Shown in pieces: positions 9,050-18,729 of a stretch of 64,000 nt of DNA. Numbering within the stretch: the stretch's first letter is position 1; each line of letters begins with the position of its first letter. The stretch is taken from positions 6,290 through 70,289 of the forward strand of contig JAFECL010000003.1 of assembly GCA_018242165.1 (NCBI GenBank), read 5' to 3'. The notes under the pieces were generated by a model. That model searched no databases, was not told where the DNA came from, and worked only from the letters and a program-made list of their open reading frames with translations. The stretch is from Pseudomonadota bacterium (lineage in GTDB: Bacteria > Pseudomonadota > Alphaproteobacteria > Sphingomonadales > Sphingomonadaceae). The position numbers and the translations under genes are program-made.

Positions 9050-11695
9050 TCAGAACTTCACGCTGGCTTCCAGACCGAAGGTGCGCGGTGCGTTGAAGTT
9101 GCCATAGTCACCCAGCACGCCACCGTTGTTGCCGATGAGCACCACGTTGGGCACCCCGGCCGCCGCGGTCGACTGCACTGCGGGAAGGCTGTTCGACGGA
9201 TCGCGGCGATAGACGTGCTGTTCGTTGAACAGGTTGCGGCTCCACAGCGCGACGTTCAGCTTGGCGCCCGTTCCCATCGCGATATCGAGCACCGACAACC
9301 GGGCGTTGACCAGGAAGCTGGCATCGTTCTTGGTCGCGAACTGGTCGAAGCTCTGGGTGGCCTGCGAATAGTTCGCGTCGAGGTGCAGCTTGACCCGCGC
9401 CCCGGTATTGCCCAGCGGCAGTTCGTAGGCGATCGAACCGCTGGCCGCGTTGCGCGGGGTGAAGACGATGAAGAACTTCTGCGGCACCGTGGTGGAGTTA
9501 CCCGTCGGCACGCCCGCCGCGGTGAACTCGCGGTAGGTCACCGGCACCAGCGGAATGTCGGTGTAGGTGTAGGCGTAGGAGGCATCGATGGTCAGCCCGT
9601 CGATCGGCTTCACCGTTAGGTCAGCCTCCAGGCCGCGGATCTTGGTGGTGCCGGGGGCATTGAAGGTGACGAGGTTGTTGAAGTTGCCCGTCGCGGTCGG
9701 CTGGATGGTCGACAGGTCGACCTGGCTGCCGTTGCGATCCATGATGTAGGCCGCCAGGTTGAACCGCGCGCGGCGGTTGAACAGGTCGGCCTTCAGGCCC
9801 ACTTCGTAGCTCTTGACGTCTTCAGGGTTGAAGGCCTGATAGTTCGAGGTCCGCGAGCTGGCGCCGCCGGCGCGATAGCCGGTGGCATATTTCACATAGC
9901 CATGAACCTCGTGGCTGAAGTCGTAGGCAATGGTCGCGGTGGGGTTGAACCGGGTCCAGCTGGCATTCAGCGGGGCATAGCCGTTGGTCGCGGCCGCAGC
10001 GGTGTTCACATCGTAGTTGATGTTGCGCGAGAAGTGCAGGACGCCGCGCTTCTTGTCGTTGGTATAGCGCCCGCCGACCGTGATGTGCAGGGCGTCAGTC
10101 GCGTTCCAGGTGGCCTGGCCGTAGGCCGCATAGCTCTTCGACCAGACCTCCGAGGCGCGGTCGATCGAGCAGCCGTTGACCGCCGTGCCGACGAAGGCCG
10201 GGGTGGCGGCGGTGCAGAACGGAATGGCGGTATAGGTGGCACCAGTCACAGCACCGCCGGTCAGCGTGGCCACGGCGCCGATCGAGTTGGGAGTGGCGGC
10301 ATCGTCGCTGACGTGTTCGTTGAAGTAGTAGAAGCCGGCGACGTAATCGACCTGACCGATGGTGCCCACCGCCTGGAGTTCCTCGCTGAACTGGCGCTGG
10401 CGCAGGTCGGCAAGGCTGTAGCGGCTGAGGGCGCAGGGCGCGGTGGCGGTGCAGGCGGCGGTCAGGTTGACCACCGGCACGCGGTGTGCGCCGCCCGAAT
10501 TGTCCCACTGCTGCACATCAACCCCGCGCCAGGCGGTGATCATGCGCAGCTCCATCTCGGGCGCGGCCTTCCACTTCAGCACGTTGGTGAAGCCGTGGGT
10601 CTGGTCGACGCTGTTCTGCTGCGGCACGCCGATGTCGGCATTGCGCATCAGGGTCGCGCCGTTGACCACCACGCCCGGCAGCAGCGCACGGACCGTGCCC
10701 TGGGTGCCGGTGAAGGCGGTGCCCGGGGTGACGCAGGTGCTGCCGGCGGGGATCGCCAGCGGCGCGGCATTGGTGCCGCCGCTGAGGCAGCCGTTGGGAT
10801 TGTAGTTCAGCAGCTGGCTGTAGAACGGGGTGTTCTCGTCCTTGGCGACGTCATAGGCGAAATCATCGGTTACGCCGCTGATCGGCTGCCAGCGCACCGC
10901 CGCACGCAGGCCGCGCCGGTCGAACAGGCCCCAGCCGGCCTGGCCGGGCATCGGGTTGGCGGTGATCGCATCCTGATGCTGGTAGACCCCGTCGAGCTTG
11001 ACCGAAAAGCCGCCCATCGCCGGCAGATTGAGGTGCACCCCGGCGCTGCGCGAACCGATGTTGCCGATCGAGCCATCGACCCGGCCATCGAACTTGCCGC
11101 TGGGCGCCTTCGAGACCATCGACAGCGCGCCGCCCTCGGTGTTGCGGCCGAACAGGGTGCCCTGCGGACCCTTCAGCACTTCGACCCGGTCGATATCGAA
11201 CAGCGCGGCGTTGAGGCCGTGCTGGCGACCGAGGTAGACGCCATCGATGTAGATGCCGACGCCCTGTTCGCGCGCAGGCTGGTTGGCGTCGAGCGGAACG
11301 ATGCCGCGAATACCGATGGTCAGCGCCGACTGGCGGGCTTCGAACGTGGCGACGCGCAGCGAGGGAACGCCGCCATCGGCCAGATCGAGCAGGCTCTGCA
11401 CCTTGCGTTCGCGGATCGTTTCGGCACCCATCACCGAGATCGAGATCGGGGTCTTCTGCAGATTGGTCTCGCGCTTGGTCGCGGTAACGACGATTTCGGT
11501 CAGGCCACCATGATCCCCGGCAGGCGTGGCCTGGGCCTGGCCGGCCTGTTCAGCCGGCGCCTCGGCAGCCTCTACCGCAATGGCCGTGGCACTGATCGAA
11601 AGATTACTGGCAGCGGCGATGCCGGGGGCGCCGGCCACCAGCGCCACGGCAAGAGCGGCGAGCGAACTGGCCTGGCGATGCGAGAGCGTCTGCAT
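9050..11695 (-). CDS. TonB-dependent receptor
   Basis: TonB box 'EIVVTATKRE', plug 'RVEVLKGPQGTLFGRN', C-terminal 'PRTFGLEASVKF'. Confidence 0.95.
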   Translation of the reverse strand: MQTLSHRQASSLAALAVALVAGAPGIAAASNLSISATAIAVEAAEAPAEQAGQAQATPAGDHGGLTEIVVTATKRETNLQKTPISISVMGAETIRERKVQSLLDLADGGVPSLRVATFEARQSALTIGIRGIVPLDANQPAREQGVGIYIDGVYLGRQHGLNAALFDIDRVEVLKGPQGTLFGRNTEGGALSMVSKAPSGKFDGRVDGSIGNIGSRSAGVHLNLPAMGGFSVKLDGVYQHQDAITANPMPGQAGWGLFDRRGLRAAVRWQPISGVTDDFAYDVAKDENTPFYSQLLNYNPNGCLSGGTNAAPLAIPAGSTCVTPGTAFTGTQGTVRALLPGVVVNGATLMRNADIGVPQQNSVDQTHGFTNVLKWKAAPEMELRMITAWRGVDVQQWDNSGGAHRVPVVNLTAACTATAPCALSRYSLADLRQRQFSEELQAVGTIGQVDYVAGFYYFNEHVSDDAATPNSIGAVATLTGGAVTGATYTAIPFCTAATPAFVGTAVNGCSIDRASEVWSKSYAAYGQATWNATDALHITVGGRYTNDKKRGVLHFSRNINYDVNTAAAATNGYAPLNASWTRFNPTATIAYDFSHEVHGYVKYATGYRAGGASSRTSNYQAFNPEDVKSYEVGLKADLFNRRARFNLAAYIMDRNGSQVDLSTIQPTATGNFNNLVTFNAPGTTKIRGLEADLTVKPIDGLTIDASYAYTYTDIPLVPVTYREFTAAGVPTGNSTTVPQKFFIVFTPRNAASGSIAYELPLGNTGARVKLHLDANYSQATQSFDQFATKNDASFLVNARLSVLDIAMGTGAKLNVALWSRNLFNEQHVYRRDPSNSLPAVQSTAAAGVPNVVLIGNNGGVLGDYGNFNAPRTFGLEASVKF

Positions 11696-11776
11696 GTCAT
11701 TTTCCCTGTTTTGAAGCGTGCGAACTGCGGCGACGCCGAATCAGGGAATTGACACCCCGTGGCGGCCTCACCGCCG

Positions 11777-11843
11777 CCACTAGGTTTGCGCTGTGTCAGT
11801 TTGACGAAGTCGCCATGACTGTCAGGCGACGGAAATATTACAA
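11777..11843 (-). promoter_or_regulatory. Pho-box array and putative -10 upstream of TBDR
   Basis: Minus-strand heptamers TTGTAAT/CCGTCGC/CAGTCAT/(poor)/CTGACAC at 11-bp period (plus-strand starts 11837, 11826, 11815, 11793); TAG 10 nt downstream. Confidence 0.65.
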
Positions 11844-11862
11844 TAGAGGGCCGGAAAGGTGA

Positions 11863-12405
11863 CTATTCGATGTGCGCCGAGTTCAATGTCGCCAGCCATC
11901 CCGAACGGGCGGCGGGTTCGGCACTGCCGTGCAGGATGAACGTTATTGCGAACAGCGAACGCCGCCCTGCGACAATGCGGCCCATCCGACTTTCACCGGC
12001 GGGGCGCGGGCAGCCGTCGGATTGCTCGGTATAGATGATCGAGCCGGTTTCTTCCGCAACGATGCTGAGCCTGGCGGCCGGGCATTCCCGCAAGGCCATC
12101 GCTTCGATTTCGGCGAACCAGGAGCGAGCACTGGTCATGTTGTGCGAAGGCGTCCTGGCGATGATCTCGACGGCCTCGTCCCAGTCGGCAGCCGAACGTC
12201 CCGTAATGGCGATCAGGTCGACAACGTGGCGGGGGTTGCTGCCATCATAGGCGATCCTGCCGGCATCCCCACTGTCCAGCGCGGCCTTGAGCGGCGGATA
12301 GAGGCGATAGTCGAAGGTCAGGCGCTCGGCGCGGGCGGATGGCGCGGCAACCAGCGCCAGGATGGCGGCAAGCGCGCCGGCGATGCGAAGAGCGGTGGAG
12401 GCCAT
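11863..12405 (-). CDS. Hypothetical secreted protein
   Basis: Sec signal 'MASTALRIAGALAAILALVAAPSARA'; two Cys; no recognised family; start could be 12432. Confidence 0.65.
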   Translation of the reverse strand: MASTALRIAGALAAILALVAAPSARAERLTFDYRLYPPLKAALDSGDAGRIAYDGSNPRHVVDLIAITGRSAADWDEAVEIIARTPSHNMTSARSWFAEIEAMALRECPAARLSIVAEETGSIIYTEQSDGCPRPAGESRMGRIVAGRRSLFAITFILHGSAEPAARSGWLATLNSAHIE

Positions 12406-12494
12406 GCCGGGAACATAAGCCCGTAGGTCCACAGGAAGAAAACGATTTTATATGTCGGAAATATGACTGTAATATTTCAGTCTGGCGGGGCAAA

Positions 12495-12550
12495 TTGTAA
12501 TCACAGTGCAATGATACCATCACCGCACTGTCACAGTGGTTGAGTATCCG
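12495..12550 (+). promoter_or_regulatory. Pho-box array upstream of response regulator
   Basis: TTGTAAT caca GTGCAAT gata CCATCAC cgca CTGTCAC (12495-12534), then 10 nt and TATCCG; extra box CTGTAAT attt CAGTCTG at 12467-12484. Confidence 0.7.
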
Positions 12551-12584
12551 GCTGTCCGGTTCGTTACAGACAGACGCTGCTAAC

Positions 12585-13250
12585 ATGACAGAAGCAATCT
12601 CGATCCTGATCACCGCCCCTTCGGCCGGGGTAGCCCGGGAGGTGTCCACGCTGCGGCCGGAATGGAACCTGATCCGGCTGGGCGATGCCGTGCCCCCCGG
12701 CCCGTTCCCCGCAACCCTCTGGGCCTTCGTCGACTGGCTGTGCCCCACCATGTCGGGGCTGGAGACCTGCCGGCGTCTGCGCGAAAGCAGCGCCACCCGC
12801 CGGGCCCATCTGACCATGGTGCTCGAACATGACGACGCCGAGGCGAGGCGCCGGGCCCTGGACGCCGGGGCCGACGACTATCTGGTTGGCGAACTGGATG
12901 CGGCGCGGCTGATTGCCAAGATCGAACGCAGCCCTCCCATCGATGCCCCTGTCCGCAAGGTGCTGAGCAACGGCCCGATCAGCGTCAATCTTCAGGCCCG
13001 CCAGGTGCGTATCGCCAACGAGGTGGTTGCGCTTGCCCCCAACGAATTCGACCTGCTGGTTCACTTCATGGAAAACCTGGACCACGCCTTCTCGCGCGGT
13101 GCCCTGATCGATGCGATGGGCAAGGATCTGGGTGACGAGCGCACGGTTGATGTCTGGATCACGCGCGTACGCCGCGCCCTGGCCAAACATGGCATCCAGC
13201 ATCTGCTGCGTACGGTTCGGGCGGTGGGTTATGTGCTGGATTCGGCCTGA
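12585..13250 (+). CDS. OmpR/PhoB-family regulator with atypical receiver domain
   Basis: 'VDWLCPTMSGLETCRRLR', 'ALDAGADDY', wHTH 'ERTVDVWITRVRRAL..RTVRAVGY'; lacks the N-terminal acidic pair and the KP motif. Confidence 0.85.
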   Translation: MTEAISILITAPSAGVAREVSTLRPEWNLIRLGDAVPPGPFPATLWAFVDWLCPTMSGLETCRRLRESSATRRAHLTMVLEHDDAEARRRALDAGADDYLVGELDAARLIAKIERSPPIDAPVRKVLSNGPISVNLQARQVRIANEVVALAPNEFDLLVHFMENLDHAFSRGALIDAMGKDLGDERTVDVWITRVRRALAKHGIQHLLRTVRAVGYVLDSA

Positions 13251-13279
13251 CCGCGCACTTTGACGGCGCCGGGCAAGGG

Positions 13280-13346
13280 CTGTCGTAATCCCGTCGCGAT
13301 TCCGCAAGCGGCACGCCATCGGCATGTCATTGGCAGTTGCTAGCCG
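13280..13346 (+). promoter_or_regulatory. Pho-box array upstream of TBDR
   Basis: CTGTCGT/CCGTCGC/CCGCAAG/ACGCCAT/ATGTCAT at 13280, 13291, 13302, 13313, 13324; TAG at 13341. Confidence 0.7.
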
Positions 13347-13441
13347 CCGGCCGACCGGTTGGCTCCGCCTGAACAGGCAGCGATCTCCGGCCTTCGCCAT
13401 GCCTGCCGAGAATTTCGGCCCAGCACCATCAGGGGACTCGC

Positions 13442-15907
13442 ATGCCTAATCCGATCAACCGGCGCGCTTTGGCCGGCGCCAGCAGCCTTTTCGCGATCGC
13501 GCTCGCCACACCGGCCCTTGCCGCCGACGAAGCCGGTGCGCCCAATGCCGACGACATCGTCGTGACCGCGACCAAGGTGAACAAGAGCACGCCGATCACC
13601 GCCTCGGTCCATACCTTCGAGCCGCAGGCGATCATCAGCCGCTCGATCATCGAGGATTCGGTGCCGGCCACCGCCGACTTTTCCGATGTCATCCTGCTGA
13701 CGCCCGGCGCATCGGGCACCAGCAACGGCGGCGGCCCCGGCCTGTCCGAATCGAAGACCGTGCTGCGCGGGTTTCAGGATGGCCAGTTCAACATCACCTA
13801 CGATGGCATCCCCTTCGGCGATTCGAACGACCCGACTCACCATTCCACCGCCTATTTCCCCGACGGCACTTATGAGCGGATCATCGTCGATCGCGGCCCG
13901 GGCGGGGCCACCGACCTGGGCCAGGCCAGCTATGGCGGCAACGTTCACATCATCAGCCGCGAGGCCGGCGACAAGCGCTTCCTCGAGGGGCAGGCGGCCT
14001 ATGGCAGCTACAAGACCTTCCTGGGCCGGCTGACCTGGAACAGCGGCGAGATCGCCCGGCTGGGCGGGCTGAAACTGATCGCGGTGGGCGAATGGAAGCG
14101 CAGCGACACCGCGCTGACCGGATCGAACGCCTGGTTCCTCAACGGCTTCCTCAAGCTGGAGAAGGATCTGGGCAACGGCGCGCGGCTGTCGTTCCTGACC
14201 AGCTACAACCAGGATCTCTATCACCAGTCCGACAGCAACGGGGTCAGCTGTACGATCAGTGCCAGCACCCCGATCAAGGCCGCCTCGTCCGACGGGCCCT
14301 GGCCGGTGACCGACGGCAGCAACTGCAACGCCGGCACCCAGGTGGCGACCTATGGCAAGGGCTATGGCCTGACCGAATTTGCCAGCGGCCAGTTTGCCAA
14401 CACCCTGTGGCCCAGTGCGCGGCGCGACTGGAACTGGACCAACAAGACCACCGATTTCGAGATCCTGCGCCTGCAGTGGGACCTCTCGCCCAGCGTGACG
14501 ATCGACAACAAGGCCTACACCTACTTCTACAAGAATTTTACCGTATCGGCGGCCAACACCAGTACCCCGTGCGGCCTGGTCGGCGGCGTGCTGGTGGCGA
14601 CGCCGACCACCTGCGGCGGCTATTCGACCAAGCTGGCGGGCGCCGGCCTGGGTGGCGCGGGCGGGGCCAGCGTGGCCAGCGACATCCCCGGCTACACCAA
14701 GGTCAACCAGTACCGCACCAGCGGCGACGTGCTGACCCTGACAGTGCGGACCCGGCTGGGGACCGCCAAGGCCGGGGTCTGGTACGAGAACTCGTTCTCG
14801 CACCGCTATCGCTACAACTACGATTTCACCAAGGGCTTCAACGCCGGGGCGATCAGCGATGGCAACTTCGATTTCGCCGGGATGGCCCAGTTCTACAACT
14901 ACAGCCAGACCAACGCCGCCTATAACCTGAGGCTCGATGCCACCCCGGTGCCGGCCTACGTCAACTATGACGAGAACACCGGCTGGAACCAGCTGCAGGG
15001 CTTTGGCGAATTCCAGCTGAAACTGTTCAAGGACCGGCTGACGATCACCCCCGGGGTCAAGGTGCAGCGCTTTACCCGCAGCATCGACACCTACATCGCC
15101 GCCCAGTCGACCCGCGTCGGCGTCCGGGCCTCGGAAAGCTATACGCCAACCTTGCCCTACCTGACCGCGAACTACCTGCTGCGCCCGAACTGGTCGGTCT
15201 ATGGGCAGTTTGCCAAGGGCTTCCTGATCCCCTCGCTGTCGAACAGCCTCGAGACGGTCTATCCCAACGTTGCCAGCCCGAACGGCATCTCATGCGTGCC
15301 GCCGGGCTCGACCAGTACCGCGGCCTGCAACTTCCTCCCCACCCGCACCACCAATTACCAGTTCGGCTCGGTCTTCGCGGGCGATCGGCTGAACATCGAC
15401 GTCGATGGCTACTTCATCAAGTCGAGCACCTCGACCTATGTCGATCCGTCGAGCGGGATCGCCACCACCACCGGTAACCCGTCCGAATATCAGGGCGTGG
15501 AAGGGCAGATCTCCTATGCTCTGGCCAGCGGCCTGACGGTGATCGCCAACGGCTCGCTGATGAGTTCGAAGGATGCGGTGACCCACCTGTGGCTGGCCCA
15601 GGCCCCCAATTCCACCGCCACGCTGGGGGCGGTCTATTCGGCTGGCCGCTTCAAGCTGTCGTACATCCACAAATTCATCGGCCGCCAGTTCGCCGATACC
15701 GGCCAGCTGGTGCGGATCGCCCCCTACAGCATGGGCCAATTGGCGGGCAGTGTCCGCCTGATCGGCAATGTCTGGCTGGGCGGCACCGTGTACAACCTGT
15801 TCGACGACACCTCGACCACCAAGATCGGCAGCTCGACCGGCGCCCTGCCGCTGTACTTCTTCCAGCCGGGCCGGTCGTATCAGGTGCAGCTGAAGGCCCG
15901 CTTCTAG
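13442..15907 (+). CDS. TonB-dependent receptor
   Basis: Signal peptide, 'DIVVTATK' TonB box, plug 'LRGF..GQFNITYDGIP', C-terminal 'PGRSYQVQLKARF'. Confidence 0.93.
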   Translation: MPNPINRRALAGASSLFAIALATPALAADEAGAPNADDIVVTATKVNKSTPITASVHTFEPQAIISRSIIEDSVPATADFSDVILLTPGASGTSNGGGPGLSESKTVLRGFQDGQFNITYDGIPFGDSNDPTHHSTAYFPDGTYERIIVDRGPGGATDLGQASYGGNVHIISREAGDKRFLEGQAAYGSYKTFLGRLTWNSGEIARLGGLKLIAVGEWKRSDTALTGSNAWFLNGFLKLEKDLGNGARLSFLTSYNQDLYHQSDSNGVSCTISASTPIKAASSDGPWPVTDGSNCNAGTQVATYGKGYGLTEFASGQFANTLWPSARRDWNWTNKTTDFEILRLQWDLSPSVTIDNKAYTYFYKNFTVSAANTSTPCGLVGGVLVATPTTCGGYSTKLAGAGLGGAGGASVASDIPGYTKVNQYRTSGDVLTLTVRTRLGTAKAGVWYENSFSHRYRYNYDFTKGFNAGAISDGNFDFAGMAQFYNYSQTNAAYNLRLDATPVPAYVNYDENTGWNQLQGFGEFQLKLFKDRLTITPGVKVQRFTRSIDTYIAAQSTRVGVRASESYTPTLPYLTANYLLRPNWSVYGQFAKGFLIPSLSNSLETVYPNVASPNGISCVPPGSTSTAACNFLPTRTTNYQFGSVFAGDRLNIDVDGYFIKSSTSTYVDPSSGIATTTGNPSEYQGVEGQISYALASGLTVIANGSLMSSKDAVTHLWLAQAPNSTATLGAVYSAGRFKLSYIHKFIGRQFADTGQLVRIAPYSMGQLAGSVRLIGNVWLGGTVYNLFDDTSTTKIGSSTGALPLYFFQPGRSYQVQLKARF

Positions 15908-15926
15908 GCACCGCTGCCACCAGCGC

Positions 15927-15969
15927 AAAAGCAAACGGGCCGGGGATCGCTCCCCGGCCCGTTCCTTTT
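15927..15969. terminator. Bidirectional rho-independent terminator
   Basis: 13-bp stem aacgggccgggga / tccccggcccgtt flanked by A-rich and T-rich tracts, between convergent genes. Confidence 0.8.
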
Positions 15970-15981
15970 GGGCGGCGAAGA

Positions 15982-16719
15982 TCAGGGCGCGGCGGTCAGC
16001 TCGGCGCGCGCCCTGGCGACCTTGTCGGCCAGCCGGGGGTCGGCCAGCAGGCGTTCGGCGATCAGGCTGGCAAGGACATGGCTGGCCTCGACGTCAGAGC
16101 GGAAGTGCACCCCGCAGATCACCCGGCTTTCGGCATAGTCGTGTGCCCTCTCGAGGATCGCCGGGGCATGGTCGGGCGCCAGGCGGGCCAGCGCCCAGCC
16201 AACCGAATAGCCAACGGCCGCATGGCCGCTGGGATAGCTCTTGGCGCTCTTGTTGGGGTTTTGCCGGGTGCATGTGTTGATCGTCGGGTCGACGCTGTAG
16301 GGCCGCAGCCGGGCAAAGGCCTCCTTGGCGCGGCCAGTCAGGGCATAGGCCTCTTCCTGAACCGTCACCAGCAGGTCCCAGGTGGCGGGCAGCCGGGCAA
16401 GGTCGCGGCCCAGCGCGGCGTTGAAGGCACTAGGGTCCTCATGCGCCCCGTCCCACGCGGCCTGGGCCCGGCGTTCGGCACTGGCGGCGGCCACGGTGCG
16501 CTTCACTTCGGCCAGCTCAACGGCCTCGGCGGCGGAGCCCCGCGCCGGGGGCAGGGCCAGCACCCGTTGCGGCAGGTAGTCGGCCGGGTCGAGATAGTGC
16601 GGCTGGGGCTTTTCGGCGGGCATCCGCGCCGTCGCGGCGGCGGGGGTGCCGGCCTGACTGGCGGCTGGAACGGCCAGCAGGAACAGGGTGAGGGGCGCGG
16701 CGAGGGCAGCGGGCTTCAT
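15982..16719 (-). CDS. Class A non-specific acid phosphatase (PAP2, PhoN/PhoC-like), secreted
   Basis: Three PAP2 motifs: KEAFARLRP, SYPSGH, SRVICGVHFRSD; signal peptide. Confidence 0.92.
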   Translation of the reverse strand: MKPAALAAPLTLFLLAVPAASQAGTPAAATARMPAEKPQPHYLDPADYLPQRVLALPPARGSAAEAVELAEVKRTVAAASAERRAQAAWDGAHEDPSAFNAALGRDLARLPATWDLLVTVQEEAYALTGRAKEAFARLRPYSVDPTINTCTRQNPNKSAKSYPSGHAAVGYSVGWALARLAPDHAPAILERAHDYAESRVICGVHFRSDVEASHVLASLIAERLLADPRLADKVARARAELTAAP

Positions 16720-16750
16720 CGGTTATCTCCGGTTGGGGCTTCAGTGCTCC

Positions 16751-16846
16751 AGACTAGACCCCGGCGATGACAGGCCGATGACGCGGCGCAGCGTCATCAA
16801 ACTGGCACTGAACCGCCATCACCACGTCATCCCGCGCCGCTAGGCC
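16751..16846. promoter_or_regulatory. Back-to-back Pho-box promoters (phosphatase / olsB-like)
   Basis: Minus: GCGTCAT cggc CTGTCAT (16767-16784); plus: GCGTCAT caaa CTGGCAC tgaa CCGCCAT cacc ACGTCAT (16791-16830); each followed after 10 nt by TAG. Confidence 0.8.
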
Positions 16847-16864
16847 GCAGCGATGGAGGTGCCC

Positions 16865-17671
16865 ATGGAACAGGCAGATGCAATGGCCGAGGCTGGATCG
16901 CTGCAAGTGCGGCTGGCCCGCGACGCAGCAGACCTGCAGGCAGTGCAGCACCTGCGCTGGCGGGTATTCGCCGAGGAAATGGGTGCGGACCTTGGCGGGG
17001 CGGAGCCGACCGATGCCGATCGCTTCGACGCCCTGTGCGACCATCTGCTGGTGATCGACCGTAGCTCGGGCGAACCGGGCGCTGTGGTTGGCACCTACCG
17101 GCTGCTGCGCGAATCCGTCGCTCGGGTGGCGGGCGGCTTTTATTCGGCGGAGGAGTTCGACCTCGCCCCGCTGCTCTACGGCGCCGGCCGGCCGCATGGG
17201 GAACTGCTCGAACTGGGCCGCTCCTGCGTCCTCGCCCCCTATCGCACCAGCGGGACGATCGCGCTGTTGTGGCGCGGGATCGGCGATTACCTGGCCCGCC
17301 ATCACATTGGCCTGCTGTTCGGCTGCGCCTCATTGCCCGGGGCGGACCCGGAGGTTCATGCCGCAGCGCTATCCTATCTTGCGCACCATCACCTGGCCGA
17401 GGCCCATTGCCGCCCGAAGGTGCGCGAGGGGCTGGGCGTGCCGCTGGCCCAGCTGGCCCCCGGCAGCTATGATCCGCGTGCCGCTGCGCGGCAGTTGCCG
17501 CCGCTGGTCAAGGGCTACATCCGGGCCGGGGCCCGCTTCGGCGACGGCGCCTTTGTCGACCGCGCCTTCAACACGACGGACGTCTGCGTGGTGCTGCCGG
17601 TGGAGCGGATCGAGACGCGTTATGCCGAACGCTTCGCCGCTGGGCGCGAGGTAGTGCTGGCCGGCGGTTAG
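16865..17671 (+). CDS. olsB: GNAT-family ornithine N-acyltransferase (OlsB-like)
   Basis: 'LRWRVFAEE', 'DRFDALCDHLLV', 'VGTYRL', 'ELGRSCV', 'PPLVKGYIRAGA'; GGAGG RBS; Pho-box context. Confidence 0.78.
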   Translation: MEQADAMAEAGSLQVRLARDAADLQAVQHLRWRVFAEEMGADLGGAEPTDADRFDALCDHLLVIDRSSGEPGAVVGTYRLLRESVARVAGGFYSAEEFDLAPLLYGAGRPHGELLELGRSCVLAPYRTSGTIALLWRGIGDYLARHHIGLLFGCASLPGADPEVHAAALSYLAHHHLAEAHCRPKVREGLGVPLAQLAPGSYDPRAAARQLPPLVKGYIRAGARFGDGAFVDRAFNTTDVCVVLPVERIETRYAERFAAGREVVLAGG

Positions 17672-18729
17672 TCCACCGGTTCGGGCGCAGCTTGCCGCGC
17701 GCTTTCGATCGCGGCCAGGAACTGGCTGGTCGCCCGGTCCCAGTTGAATTGCCGTCCATAGAGTGCGGCTGCCACCCGGTCGGCCCGCAATGCGCGCGCA
17801 ACCGCGACGCCAAGATCGTCATCGAGCGCACCGACCTGCGCCGGGAAATCATTCTGCCAGCCGCGCCCGTTGCGGCCGATCACATCGAGCGGCCCGGGCA
17901 CCGGGAAGCCGGCCACCGGCACGCCGCAAGCCAGGGCTTCGATCAGCACCAGCCCGAAGGTGTCGGTCAGGCTGGGGAAGACGAAGCAATCGGCGGCGCG
18001 ATAGGCGCTGGCCAATTCCTCACCCGCCATTGCGCCCATGAAATGCACCTCGGGAAAGCGGCCCCGCAGCGCGTCGAGCGCAGGGCCATCGCCAACCACC
18101 ACCTTCGAACCGGGGGTGGAGAGGGCAAGGAAGGCCTCGAGGTTTTTTTCAGGCGCTACCCGGCCGACATTCAGCAGCAGCGGGCGCGGCAACGCGGCCA
18201 GCGACGGATGGAGCGCACCATCGGGCCGGAACAGGCCCTGATCGATCCCCCGCCCCCACGGCAGCGTCCGGGCAAAGCCACGCGCGGCCAGTTCCTCGCG
18301 CAGGCTCTCGGTCGCCACCAGCACTGCCCGGCTTTGCCCATGAAAACGGCGCAGCAGCGGCCAGAAGCGTTCGGGCGAAAGCCCGGTGCGGACGGCGGCA
18401 TAGTCTGGGAAGCGGGTGTGGAACGCCGTGGTGAAGGGCACGCCGTGGGCCTTGCACCAGCCGCGCGCCGACCAGCCGATTGGCCCTTCGGTGGCGATGT
18501 GGACCAGATCGGGGCGAAAGGTATGGAGCAGCCGTCGCGCGGTAAAGCGCGGGGCCAGCGCGAGGCGGATCGAGGCATAGCCGGGCATGGCCATGGTGCG
18601 GAATTGCTGCGGGGTGATCAGCTCGACCTCATAACCGCGGCGGGTCAGCTCGTTGACAGTCGCTGCCAGGGTGCGGACCACGCCATTGACCTGCGGGAAC
18701 CACGCATCGGTGGCGATGGCGATCCTCAT
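17668..18729 (-). CDS. GT4 glycosyltransferase (Agt-like glycosyl-diacylglycerol synthase)
   Basis: 'MRIAIATDAWFPQVNGVVRTL', 'HIATEGPIG', 'VGRVAPEKN', 'FPSLTDTFGLVLIEALACG'; ATGA-coupled to the plcP-like gene. Confidence 0.88.
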   Translation of the reverse strand: MRIAIATDAWFPQVNGVVRTLAATVNELTRRGYEVELITPQQFRTMAMPGYASIRLALAPRFTARRLLHTFRPDLVHIATEGPIGWSARGWCKAHGVPFTTAFHTRFPDYAAVRTGLSPERFWPLLRRFHGQSRAVLVATESLREELAARGFARTLPWGRGIDQGLFRPDGALHPSLAALPRPLLLNVGRVAPEKNLEAFLALSTPGSKVVVGDGPALDALRGRFPEVHFMGAMAGEELASAYRAADCFVFPSLTDTFGLVLIEALACGVPVAGFPVPGPLDVIGRNGRGWQNDFPAQVGALDDDLGVAVARALRADRVAAALYGRQFNWDRATSQFLAAIESARQAAPEPVD

